Shown here piece after piece: positions 45,007 through 53,507 of a stretch of DNA of 64,000 nt (position 1 is its first letter; each line of letters opens with the position of its first letter). The notes under the pieces are model-generated. The model saw nothing but the letters and a program-made list of their open reading frames with translations. It searched no databases and was not told the origin of the DNA. This DNA is from an uncultured Bacteroidales bacterium (GTDB taxonomy: Bacteria > Bacteroidota > Bacteroidia > Bacteroidales > UBA1402): the NCBI GenBank assembly GCA_964488495.1, contig CAZAUQ010000002.1:14486-78485 (forward strand), written 5' to 3'. A program made the translations under genes and the position numbers.

Positions 45007-46701
45007 ATGACTAAACTTATTATCTATCAGGTATTTCCCCGCTATTTCGGCAACAACTGCAGAAACTCGGTAAGCAACGGAGACCTCAAGGACAACGGAA
45101 CAGGAAAGTTTAATGACTTTAGCGCCAAAGCCCTGAATGCCATCAAAGAGCTGGGAGTGACTCACCTTTGGTACGCAGGAATCCTGGAGCATGCTACTCA
45201 AACCGATTATTCGCAGTACGGCATACAGTCCGATCCTCCCGAATTAGTCAAAGGCAAGGCCGGTTCACCTTATGCCGTTAAAGATTACTACGACATAAGC
45301 CCCGATTTGGCCGTATCTGTTCCTGATAGAATTAAGGAGTTTAAGAATCTGCTGAGGCGAACACATCAGGCCGACTTGAAAGCCCTCATCGATTTTGTTC
45401 CCAATCACTTGGCCCGTACTTATTATTCTGATGCATCGCCACGCGAAGTTGAAGATTTCGGCTCTCGGGATCAGACAGATAAAGCCTTCTCACCTGCTAA
45501 TAATTTTTATTATTTACCCGGGCAAAGTTTCCGGCTTCCCCACGAAGCGTCGATGCCCTTTAAAGAATCGCTATACACTGAAGAACCTGCCAAAGTAACA
45601 GGCAACGATTGTTTTAAGGCTCAACCCTCGGTTAACGATTGGTATGAAACCGTAAAATTAAATTACGGCATAGATTATCAAGGCGGAAGCCTGACTTATT
45701 TTGATCCGGTTCCCGACACCTGGCGTAAAATGAAAGTCGTATTGGAATACTGGGTAAGACTTGGCGTAGATGGTTTTCGTTGCGATATGGCCGAAATGGT
45801 ACCTCTGGAATTTTGGGCCTGGGTGATTCCTCAGATAAAAAAAATCAAAAAGGTGCTTTTCATAGGTGAAGTGTATAATCCGGGCAAGTATGAGTCTTTT
45901 ATACAAAGAGGCGGTTTTGATTATTTGTACGACAAGGTGGGGCTTTACGATACTTTACGTAATGTTATATGCGAATATGCGCCGGCCAGTGCTATATCGG
46001 ATTGCTGGAAACGAATCGGCCTTTTGCAGGATTCCATGTTAAATTTTCTGGAAAATCACGACGAACAACGTATTGCCTCCGATTTTTTTGCCAAAGATCC
46101 CCGCAAAGCTTTGCCTGCCTTGATAGTATCGGCCTGCATGCGAAACAATCCTTTTATGCTTTATTCTGGTCAGGAACTGGGCGAAAAAGGAATGTATCGG
46201 GAAGGTTTCAGCGGACTGGATGGCCGCAGCAGTATTTTTGACTACTGGTGCATAGACAGTCTGGCTGATTGGAACAACCAGGGACGATTTGACGGTGCTT
46301 TATTGAGTGCAGAACAAAAGGAATTACGCAATAAATACACTAAAATCCTGAATCTGTGCCTGCAGGAGCCGGCTCTGTACAGAGGTTTGTTTTTTGATCT
46401 GATGTATGTTAATATGGACAATCCGTATTTTGATTTCTCCAGACAATTTGCCTTTTTGCGTAAGGCCGATCAGGAACTCTTACTGATAGTAGTTAATTTC
46501 AGTGCCGAAAGCAAACACATACAATTGCGGATTCCTGAACATGCCTTTGACTATTTTCAGATTAAGTCCCAAAAACAATGGCAGGGCCGCGATTTATTGA
46601 GCGGAGAAATACTGCCTCAGGAACTGAATGCACAAGATCCTTTGCCTATGCAGGTTCCGGGCTATTACGGAAGAATCTGGAAGTACGATATCCAGCCCTG
46701 A
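45007..46701 (+). CDS. cytoplasmic GH13 alpha-amylase-family enzyme
   Basis: The start MTKLIIYQVFPRYFGN at ATG 45007 is 1 nt after the fabD stop. The GH13 conserved regions are DFVPNH, GVDGFRCDMAEMV, IGEVY and FLENHDEQR. There is no signal peptide. Confidence 0.85.
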   Translation: MTKLIIYQVFPRYFGNNCRNSVSNGDLKDNGTGKFNDFSAKALNAIKELGVTHLWYAGILEHATQTDYSQYGIQSDPPELVKGKAGSPYAVKDYYDISPDLAVSVPDRIKEFKNLLRRTHQADLKALIDFVPNHLARTYYSDASPREVEDFGSRDQTDKAFSPANNFYYLPGQSFRLPHEASMPFKESLYTEEPAKVTGNDCFKAQPSVNDWYETVKLNYGIDYQGGSLTYFDPVPDTWRKMKVVLEYWVRLGVDGFRCDMAEMVPLEFWAWVIPQIKKIKKVLFIGEVYNPGKYESFIQRGGFDYLYDKVGLYDTLRNVICEYAPASAISDCWKRIGLLQDSMLNFLENHDEQRIASDFFAKDPRKALPALIVSACMRNNPFMLYSGQELGEKGMYREGFSGLDGRSSIFDYWCIDSLADWNNQGRFDGALLSAEQKELRNKYTKILNLCLQEPALYRGLFFDLMYVNMDNPYFDFSRQFAFLRKADQELLLIVVNFSAESKHIQLRIPEHAFDYFQIKSQKQWQGRDLLSGEILPQELNAQDPLPMQVPGYYGRIWKYDIQP

Positions 46702-46755
46702 AAAAACCGGGGAGATTTTTTTTTGACATTACTTAAATTCTTGAAAGCAAATGTC

Positions 46756-46763
46756 TATCTTTG
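46756..46763 (+). promoter_or_regulatory. -7 box (TATCTTTG) for prs
   Basis: This perfect match lies 41 nt upstream of ATG 46805. Confidence 0.55.
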
Positions 46764-46804
46764 TGCTCGATTTACAACCTCACAACTTCTCAAGTTAAAG
46801 TTCT

Positions 46805-47743
46805 ATGCATTTACGGGGGCCTATCAAAATCTTTTCAGGAACAAAATCACATTACCTGGCCGAAAAAATATGTGCGGCCCTGGAATGTCCGCTGGGGAGA
46901 ATGAATATTCAGCATTTTGCAGACGGGGAATTTTCTGTTTCCTACGAAGAATCCATACGGGGCGACTATGTTTTTTTGGTGCAGTCTACCTTTCCCAATT
47001 CCGACAATTTGATGGAGTTGCTGTTAATGATTGATGCTGCCAAACGCGCTTCGGCCGGGAAAATTATTGCCGTAATTCCTTATTTCGGCTGGGCTAGGCA
47101 AGACCGCAAGGATAAACCAAGAGTGTCGATTGGCGCCAAACTAATCGCTGATGTCTTATCGGTGGCCGGTATAGACCGAATGATTACCATGGATCTTCAT
47201 GCCGATCAGATTCAGGGTTTTTTCAACGTACCTGTTGACCATTTATATGCCTCCACCATTTTTCTGCCCTATATCCGTTCTTTGAACCTGGAGAATCTGG
47301 TCATTGCCACCCCGGATGTAGGAGGTTCTAAAAGAGCCAATTCCTATTCCAAATACCTGGGAGTACCCATGGTGCTTTGCCACAAGTCTCGTAATAAACC
47401 AAACGAGGTGGCCGAAATGCGTATAGTAGGAGATGTCGAGGGCAAGAATGTCTTGTTGGTAGACGATATGGTTGATACGGCAGGTACTCTTACCAAAGCC
47501 GCCAATTTGATGCTGGGCGAAGGCGCTCTGTCGGTGCGCGCAGTAGCCAGTCATTGTGTTATGTCGGGCAAAGCCACCGAACTGGTGGAAAATTCAGATC
47601 TTACGGAATTGATTTTTACCGACAGCATTCCTTACGACAAGGTTTCGACTAAAGTTAAAATACTGAGCATTGCTGATATGTTCGCAGACACCATTCAGCG
47701 TGTTTACGACAATCGGTCCATTTCTTCTCAATACCTTATTTGA
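46805..47743 (+). CDS. prs: ribose-phosphate pyrophosphokinase
   Basis: The 312-aa product has IPYFGWARQDRK, the block DLHADQIQGFF and the PRPP-binding loop LLVDDMVDTAGTL. Confidence 0.95.
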   Translation: MHLRGPIKIFSGTKSHYLAEKICAALECPLGRMNIQHFADGEFSVSYEESIRGDYVFLVQSTFPNSDNLMELLLMIDAAKRASAGKIIAVIPYFGWARQDRKDKPRVSIGAKLIADVLSVAGIDRMITMDLHADQIQGFFNVPVDHLYASTIFLPYIRSLNLENLVIATPDVGGSKRANSYSKYLGVPMVLCHKSRNKPNEVAEMRIVGDVEGKNVLLVDDMVDTAGTLTKAANLMLGEGALSVRAVASHCVMSGKATELVENSDLTELIFTDSIPYDKVSTKVKILSIADMFADTIQRVYDNRSISSQYLI

Positions 47744-47752
47744 GATGAAATG

Positions 47753-48343
47753 TTAGCTATGAAGATTTAATTCTTCAAATAAAAGCCGGTAGTAATCGGC
47801 TTTTTTCTTTAATGCCAAGGGGTAAGCCCTCGAAGTAGATGGCATTCTATACAGTTTGCAGGTTTTTGCTCCCAAAGTAAAGTGAACAAACTGTCCTATG
47901 GCCGGTTCTTCCTTTATATGTAGTGACGATTTCAACGTATCCATGGCTTTTTGGCCCGTTACGGCAATGGTGTGGCAGAGGGGTATTTTTGCCAGTACTT
48001 CTTCCAATGCTATTGGTTGAATTACTTCAAGATGTTTGTCCGAGGCATTGTCGGTCAGTCTCACCACCTGAAGAGCCGTGTCTCCAAATGCAATACCCCT
48101 CTCAAGGCAAAAGGCCCTTATGGCTGTTTCATTGTATTTCTTAGGCTGTTCCACAAAATAGGCCGGATTCTCGTAAAAAAGCAGACCCATAATTTTCCAC
48201 ATGTCGTTTTGAAAATTAGGGTAATAAAAGGACATTGACCACCTTGTTTTGGGAGGCGGGAAACTGCCCAAAATAAGCAAGCGGGCTTGTTCCGGCAGGA
48301 AAAAGCCCAGCGGATGCTCTTCAACAGGGTTATTATTCTTCAA
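47753..48343 (-). CDS. uracil-DNA glycosylase superfamily protein (family-6 / DNA-deoxyinosine glycosylase-like)
   Basis: The 196-aa product carries LLILGSFPPPKT...FYYPNFQNDMW, which resembles UDG-superfamily motif 1 and the YY..N.FW block of hypoxanthine-DNA glycosylases. The inferred start is a TTG at 48343, 8 nt after the GH43 stop, and there is no in-frame ATG before residue 36. Confidence 0.5.
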   Translation of the reverse strand: MKNNNPVEEHPLGFFLPEQARLLILGSFPPPKTRWSMSFYYPNFQNDMWKIMGLLFYENPAYFVEQPKKYNETAIRAFCLERGIAFGDTALQVVRLTDNASDKHLEVIQPIALEEVLAKIPLCHTIAVTGQKAMDTLKSSLHIKEEPAIGQFVHFTLGAKTCKLYRMPSTSRAYPLALKKKADYYRLLFEELNLHS

Positions 48344-48351
48344 TGCGGTAA

Positions 48352-49884
48352 TCAGAGCGAAGTGTACTTGAAATTTTTAAACCTGACCTTACCTTCGCCG
48401 GCGGCATAAAGAGCGGGTAACATGCTTTGGAATTCATAGAGCGTGTTGTGATTGTAGCCGGAAATTTCCATACCCCAGCTTTCCTTAATCCAGTTAATGC
48501 CGTCGTGACTGTATGCGCCGGTCAATACCTGATTGTCGTTTCTCAGGCGCAGCCAAAGATGATTGCCGCCCTCGTGGCGAGAGGCTGAACGCTGTATGCC
48601 CTGGCGGAAACGCATAGTTCGCTGTTGGTCAAAGCCAATACCGGCATAGTAATCGCTGTTGTAATACAACACAAGTCCGGCTGTGGTATTATCGTCTTTT
48701 TCAATTTCGACTTCAATTTCGTAGGCGCGTTCACCTGCCACGCACATGATGGGAGAGGAGGTTCCAGGACTGTTTCCCTGAGCCTGAAGAATCAGTTCAC
48801 CTTGCTTTACCTCAAAGCGGGCAGTGTCGAAATTTTTGTAAAATTTCCAGTCCAAACCCACTCTAAACTCTCCCAACTTGCTTCGGTGATCCATCTTTTC
48901 TTTGGCAGGAAGTGGATTTTTGATGGGGCGCTCAATATCACTGCCAAGAGGTGCCAAAAACCATCCGTCTTTGGTAAATTTTACCGGCTCGAGCAAGGTT
49001 TGACGTCCCAGGGAGGTGAAATTGTTCTCATAGGCGTGGTAAATGATCCACCAATCACCTTCGGGGGTGTCTATCAGAGAGCCGTGCCCTTTGGACCACC
49101 AGCGTTCAGAGTTTTGCCAGGTGCGGATAAGAGGATTATATGGAGAGTTTTCCCAGGGTCCGTTTATGGATTTGGAGCGGGCGACAACCACCATATGGCT
49201 GGTAGGAGGCCCGGCTGTACCGCCCTCTGCGTTGAGGTAATAATAGTAGTCACCGATTTTGCGAATCTTGGGGCCTTCAAGACACATCCCTTCGGTAACC
49301 CAGTCCGAGGGGAAAATCCAGCCCTCATATACTTTCTCCACACTGCCGGGAACAATCGAAAGGCCGTCATCGGTAAGTCTTGCCCTTTGGCCTCCGCTCA
49401 GGAAGATCCAGCGAGATCCGTCTTCGCCTACAGCATGCCCGGGATCAATGTTGCCTACTCTTAAATCGATGGGGTCGCTCCAGGGGCCGTAGGGCGAATC
49501 GGCATAAGTGACGAAATTCATTCTGCCCGAAGGATGAGCCACCGTGAAATAAATGTAATAAAGATCTCCGTGTTTGCAGATATCCGGAGCCCAGACCGAG
49601 CCCAGATAGCGCTTCAGTGCAAAACTGATCGGTTGCCAGTTGATCAGGTCGGTGGAATGGAATACAACCAGTCCGGGAACATAGTCAAACGAAGAATGAG
49701 TCATGTAATAATCATTACCTTCTCTCATTATGGTTGGATCGGGATAATCACCACCTAAAACAGGATTCATATAATGACCATTGCCCAAGTCGCCTTGCGC
49801 GGTTCCGAATTCCTGCCTGTTGGTATCTGTCTGGCTGCAAGCCATAAGCAGGCTAATTAATGAAAGAAATGCTATTTTTTTCAT
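48352..49884 (-). CDS. GH43-family glycoside hydrolase (beta-xylosidase / alpha-L-arabinofuranosidase type) with a C-terminal beta-sandwich domain, lipoprotein
   Basis: I use the start MKKIAFLSLISLLMACSQ at 49884. The N-terminal five-bladed-propeller blocks are NPVLGGDYPDPTIMREGNDYYM, VWAPDI and CLEGPKI. The C-terminal module of about 200 aa is concanavalin-like. Confidence 0.8.
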   Translation of the reverse strand: MKKIAFLSLISLLMACSQTDTNRQEFGTAQGDLGNGHYMNPVLGGDYPDPTIMREGNDYYMTHSSFDYVPGLVVFHSTDLINWQPISFALKRYLGSVWAPDICKHGDLYYIYFTVAHPSGRMNFVTYADSPYGPWSDPIDLRVGNIDPGHAVGEDGSRWIFLSGGQRARLTDDGLSIVPGSVEKVYEGWIFPSDWVTEGMCLEGPKIRKIGDYYYYLNAEGGTAGPPTSHMVVVARSKSINGPWENSPYNPLIRTWQNSERWWSKGHGSLIDTPEGDWWIIYHAYENNFTSLGRQTLLEPVKFTKDGWFLAPLGSDIERPIKNPLPAKEKMDHRSKLGEFRVGLDWKFYKNFDTARFEVKQGELILQAQGNSPGTSSPIMCVAGERAYEIEVEIEKDDNTTAGLVLYYNSDYYAGIGFDQQRTMRFRQGIQRSASRHEGGNHLWLRLRNDNQVLTGAYSHDGINWIKESWGMEISGYNHNTLYEFQSMLPALYAAGEGKVRFKNFKYTSL

Positions 49885-49906
49885 TTGGTTTTTGTTTCGT
49901 AATGGA

Positions 49907-49914
49907 CAAAAATA
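49907..49914 (-). promoter_or_regulatory. -7 box (TATTTTTG) for the GH43 gene
   Basis: Plus-strand caaaaata lies 22 nt upstream of the ATG at 49884. Confidence 0.55.
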
Positions 49915-49956
49915 CTCAAAAAGCCGAATTTGGGAGGAAGAAGAGTAAAAAAACCG

Positions 49957-49964
49957 TAGTTTTG
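49957..49964 (+). promoter_or_regulatory. -7 box (TAGTTTTG) for the pectate lyase gene
   Basis: This perfect match lies 34 nt upstream of ATG 49999. Confidence 0.55.
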
Positions 49965-49998
49965 CATTAAATTGAACCTCAAAACAGAACTGTTTGCT

Positions 49999-51786
49999 AT
50001 GAAAAAAGCCCAACTCTTATTCCTTATTTGTCTTTTACTGGCCGGTACACGCTCTTTTGCTGAACAAACTCCCGCTTTTCCCGGAGCAGAAGGCCACGGC
50101 CGATATACTACGGGAGGACGAGGCGGAACAGTATATTTTGTGAACAGTCTTGAAGACAGCGATCCTCCTGTAGCGGGAACCCTGAGGTATGCTTTAAACC
50201 AAAGCGGGCCACGTACAGTGCTTTTTACTGTTTCGGGAACCATCCATCTTGTCAATGAACTTAGAATCACAAAAGGCGATGTCACTATTGCCGGACAGTC
50301 GGCTCCGGGAGATGGCATTTGTCTGGCTGATTATCCGGTAGTGATTTCTGCGAACAACATTATCATTCGTTTTATTCGTTGCCGCATGGGCGACCAGGGC
50401 GATGCCAATGCCGATGGCGCAGATGTGATGGGAGGCCGGGGCTATAAAAATATCATCATAGACCATTGCTCCATGAGCTGGAGTACAGATGAATGTGTCT
50501 CTTTTTACGGAAACGAAAACTTTAGCCTGCAATGGTGCATTATATCAGAGAGTTTACGTTTATCGGAACACTCCAAGGGGCCTCACGGCTATGGGGGCAT
50601 CTGGGGTGGAGTAAACGCCAGTTTTCATCACAACCTGCTGGCCCATCACGACAGTCGAAATCCCCGTTTAGGTCCCTATGCAGCAACTTCCGGCCGGGAA
50701 TATGTCGATATGCGAAACAACGTTATTTACAATTGGTGCGGTAACTCCTGTTACGGAGCCGAGGGCATGAACGTCAACATTATCAATTGCTATTACAAAC
50801 CCGGCCCTGCTACACCCGGCGGTGAAAAACGGGGAAGAATTATTTCAATTGACAAGAAAACAGGCATTTCTGCAGGCAGTGATTTTTATAATATAAACAA
50901 TGTCTGGGGAAAGTTTTACATAGAGGGCAATATAGTGTCGTCAGGCGTGCCCGGTTACGGAGATGAAAACGAGATCAATGCCACCAGCAACAATTGGTTT
51001 TATGGTGTATACAATCAATTTGCCAGCGGCTACGGTACTGTATCGAGTGCCGACAGACAAGCTATGAAAATGTCCGAAGCTTTCGATCCCGGCATTGTTA
51101 CCACTCACACGGCTGCCAAAGCCTATCAAAAAGTCCTGGAGTATGCCGGCTGCTCTCATAAAAGAGACTCCCACGATGCCCGTATCGTTGAGGAAACGTC
51201 GACAGGTAAAGCTGCCTTTAAAGGTCTTTCTCCTTATAACGGTTTTGGTGACGACTGGAAAAGTTTAAATTATCCCCGGCCCGGAATTATCGACAGTCAG
51301 GAAGATTTGCGACCCCAAAATGCTGCTGGCGACTGGACACCCTGGCCTGTGCTGAATTCCGTAACAGCTCCCTTAGACAGTGACAATGACGGGATGCCCG
51401 ACGACTGGGAGGACATCAGAGGCCTGGATCCCTCCGATCCTGCCGACAAAAATTCACTGAACAAAGAGGGCTACACCCGTTTGGAAGAATACCTGAACAG
51501 TCTGGTTGCTCCTATTATTACAGAACAGAATCAGGAAGCTGTCTCTAGCCTTAGCAGCCAGGCTTCCGAAAAGGCTTTTTTTGTAGAAGCCATATGGAAA
51601 GCGGGAAGCCTTTATCTACATTCCAACAGGGAGATCCAAAAAGTAGAGCTTTTCGATTTAAGTGGCCGAAAAGTACTGCAGTTTAAAGGCAAGTCGCACA
51701 CTGAAACATTACCCCAGTCTTGTTATTTGCTGAAAGTCACCAGTACCGGTGGAGAAACAAAAGTAATCCGCCTCATTAATTTGTAG
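49999..51786 (+). CDS. pectate lyase (PL1-like parallel beta-helix) with a T9SS C-terminal sorting domain
   Basis: It has the signal peptide MKKAQLLFLICLLLAGTRSFA. The blocks FPGAEGHGRYTTGGRGG, IIDHCSMSW and HHNLLAHHDSRNPR are typical of PL1. An acidic, Ca-binding-like stretch DSDNDGMPDDWED follows. The last 75 aa or so (KVELFDLSGRKV...YLLKVTSTGGETKVIRLINL) look like a type-A T9SS CTD. Confidence 0.8.
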   Translation: MKKAQLLFLICLLLAGTRSFAEQTPAFPGAEGHGRYTTGGRGGTVYFVNSLEDSDPPVAGTLRYALNQSGPRTVLFTVSGTIHLVNELRITKGDVTIAGQSAPGDGICLADYPVVISANNIIIRFIRCRMGDQGDANADGADVMGGRGYKNIIIDHCSMSWSTDECVSFYGNENFSLQWCIISESLRLSEHSKGPHGYGGIWGGVNASFHHNLLAHHDSRNPRLGPYAATSGREYVDMRNNVIYNWCGNSCYGAEGMNVNIINCYYKPGPATPGGEKRGRIISIDKKTGISAGSDFYNINNVWGKFYIEGNIVSSGVPGYGDENEINATSNNWFYGVYNQFASGYGTVSSADRQAMKMSEAFDPGIVTTHTAAKAYQKVLEYAGCSHKRDSHDARIVEETSTGKAAFKGLSPYNGFGDDWKSLNYPRPGIIDSQEDLRPQNAAGDWTPWPVLNSVTAPLDSDNDGMPDDWEDIRGLDPSDPADKNSLNKEGYTRLEEYLNSLVAPIITEQNQEAVSSLSSQASEKAFFVEAIWKAGSLYLHSNREIQKVELFDLSGRKVLQFKGKSHTETLPQSCYLLKVTSTGGETKVIRLINL

Positions 51787-51851
51787 CAAGAGGCGGATTT
51801 AATAAAAATTCGGGGGTACGAAAAGTTGTTAAGGGCATTCAGAATAGCTCC

Positions 51852-53396
51852 TTAAGCCTGTTTTCTGAGCAATTGCTTCAGATCGACCTTGTCGGAGATC
51901 AGCGTTCTAAGATCTTCGATGGGTACACGAATTTGCTCCATGCTGTCGCGATCGCGTACAGTAACAGTATTATCAAGCAAAGTATCGTGGTCGACTGTGG
52001 CACAAAAGGGTGTTCCAATAGCGTCTTGTCTGCGGTAGCGCTTACCGATGGAGTCTTTTTCGTCGTACTGGCATTTAAAATCAAAGCGTAGCTCATCGAT
52101 TATCTGACGAGCTTTTTCGGGCAGTCCGTCTTTTTTGACCAAAGGCAGGATGGCCAGCTTTATGGGAGCCAGGGCCGGAGGCAAATGAAGCAGCACCCGG
52201 CTTTCGCCTCCAGGTAAAGCTTCTTCTTCGAACGAACCGGCCAGAATGCTCAGGAAGGTACGGTCAAGACCAATAGATGTTTCAATGACATAAGGCACAT
52301 AGGATTCGTTGAGTTCCGGATCAAAATACTTGATGCTTTTACCGGAAAATTTCTCGTGGCTACTCAGGTCAAAATCGGTTCTGGAGTGAATGCCTTCCAC
52401 TTCCTTGAAGCCAAAAGGCAGTTGAAATTCAATATCGGTGGCGGCGTTAGCGTAATGTGCCAGTTTGTCGTGATCGTGAAAGCGATATTTGTGATCACCC
52501 AGGCCCAGAGCCTTATGCCATTTCAGGCGGATTTCTTTCCAATTGGCAAACCATTCCAGCTCGGTGCCCGGTTTGACAAAAAATTGCATTTCCATTTGTT
52601 CAAACTCCCGCATTCTGAAAATAAACTGGCGGGCAACAATTTCGTTGCGAAAAGCCTTGCCGATTTGAGCGATGCCAAAAGGAATTTTCATCCTCCCGGT
52701 TTTTTGAACATTGAGGTAGTTTACAAAAATACCCTGAGCGGTTTCGGGCCTTAAATAGACCTTCATCGCGCCGTCGGCAGTGGAACCCATTTCGGTAGCA
52801 AACATCAGGTTGAACTGACGTACTTCTGTCCAGTTTTTGGTACCGCTGACAGGGCAGACGATTTCTTCGTCCAAAATGATCTGGCGCAGAGCCTCCAGGT
52901 TGTTTTGATTTAGAGCTTCGGAAAAGCGCTTATGTAAAGCTTCTTTTTTTTGCAGGTTTTCGAGGACTCTGGGATTGGTGGCTCTAAACTGGACTTCGTC
53001 AAAAGCTTCTCCAAAACGTTTGGCGGCCTTGGCGATCTCCTTATCAATTTTTTCGTCGTATTTAGCCAGTTGCTCTTCGATGAGCACATCGGCGCGATAT
53101 CGTTTTTTGGAATCCTTGTTGTCGATTAGGGGGTCGTTAAATGCGTCTACATGACCCGAAGCTTTCCAGATGGTGGGATGCATAAAGATGGCCGAATCAA
53201 GGCCGACAATATTCTCGTGCATCAGCACCATGGAATCCCACCAATATTTCTTGATGTTGTTTTTGAGTTCAACTCCCATTTGCCCGTAATCGTAAACAGC
53301 TGCCAATCCATCGTAAATTTCACTGGATGGGAAAACAAAACCGTATTCTTTGCAATGGGAAATAAGTTTCTTGAAAACATCTTCTTGTTGTGCCAT
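51852..53396 (-). CDS. glyQS: glycine--tRNA ligase (class II, homodimeric type)
   Basis: The 514-aa product has the blocks FPSSEIYDGLAAVYDYG, LRPETAQGIF and FRNEIVARQFIFRMREFEQMEMQFF, and a C-terminal anticodon-binding domain. Confidence 0.93.
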   Translation of the reverse strand: MAQQEDVFKKLISHCKEYGFVFPSSEIYDGLAAVYDYGQMGVELKNNIKKYWWDSMVLMHENIVGLDSAIFMHPTIWKASGHVDAFNDPLIDNKDSKKRYRADVLIEEQLAKYDEKIDKEIAKAAKRFGEAFDEVQFRATNPRVLENLQKKEALHKRFSEALNQNNLEALRQIILDEEIVCPVSGTKNWTEVRQFNLMFATEMGSTADGAMKVYLRPETAQGIFVNYLNVQKTGRMKIPFGIAQIGKAFRNEIVARQFIFRMREFEQMEMQFFVKPGTELEWFANWKEIRLKWHKALGLGDHKYRFHDHDKLAHYANAATDIEFQLPFGFKEVEGIHSRTDFDLSSHEKFSGKSIKYFDPELNESYVPYVIETSIGLDRTFLSILAGSFEEEALPGGESRVLLHLPPALAPIKLAILPLVKKDGLPEKARQIIDELRFDFKCQYDEKDSIGKRYRRQDAIGTPFCATVDHDTLLDNTVTVRDRDSMEQIRVPIEDLRTLISDKVDLKQLLRKQA

Positions 53397-53418
53397 AGGA
53401 GCGTTTTTTTTTAGTTTG

Positions 53419-53426
53419 CAAAGGTA
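53419..53426 (-). promoter_or_regulatory. -7 box (TACCTTTG) for glyQS
   Basis: Plus-strand caaaggta lies 22 nt upstream of the ATG at 53396. Confidence 0.55.
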
Positions 53427-53467
53427 GGGTTTAATTTGTTTTTATGCGCATTGGATGAAAAAAATCG

Positions 53468-53475
53468 TATCTTTG
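53468..53475 (+). promoter_or_regulatory. -7 box (TATCTTTG) for parC
   Basis: This perfect match lies 32 nt upstream of ATG 53508. Confidence 0.55.
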
Positions 53476-53507
53476 TGACTTAAAATAACCAAAAACTAAG
53501 CCTTTGT

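Noticed and set aside
46723-47034. A 103-aa plus-strand ORF overlaps the start of prs.
   Set aside because: It is in a different frame from the clearly conserved prs gene. It begins upstream of the prs promoter box and has no motifs.
49881-50318. A 145-aa minus-strand ORF spans the GH43/PL1 divergent spacer.
   Set aside because: It runs antisense to the pectate lyase signal peptide and N-terminus and across both promoter boxes. Its composition is Pro/Ser/Arg-rich and atypical.
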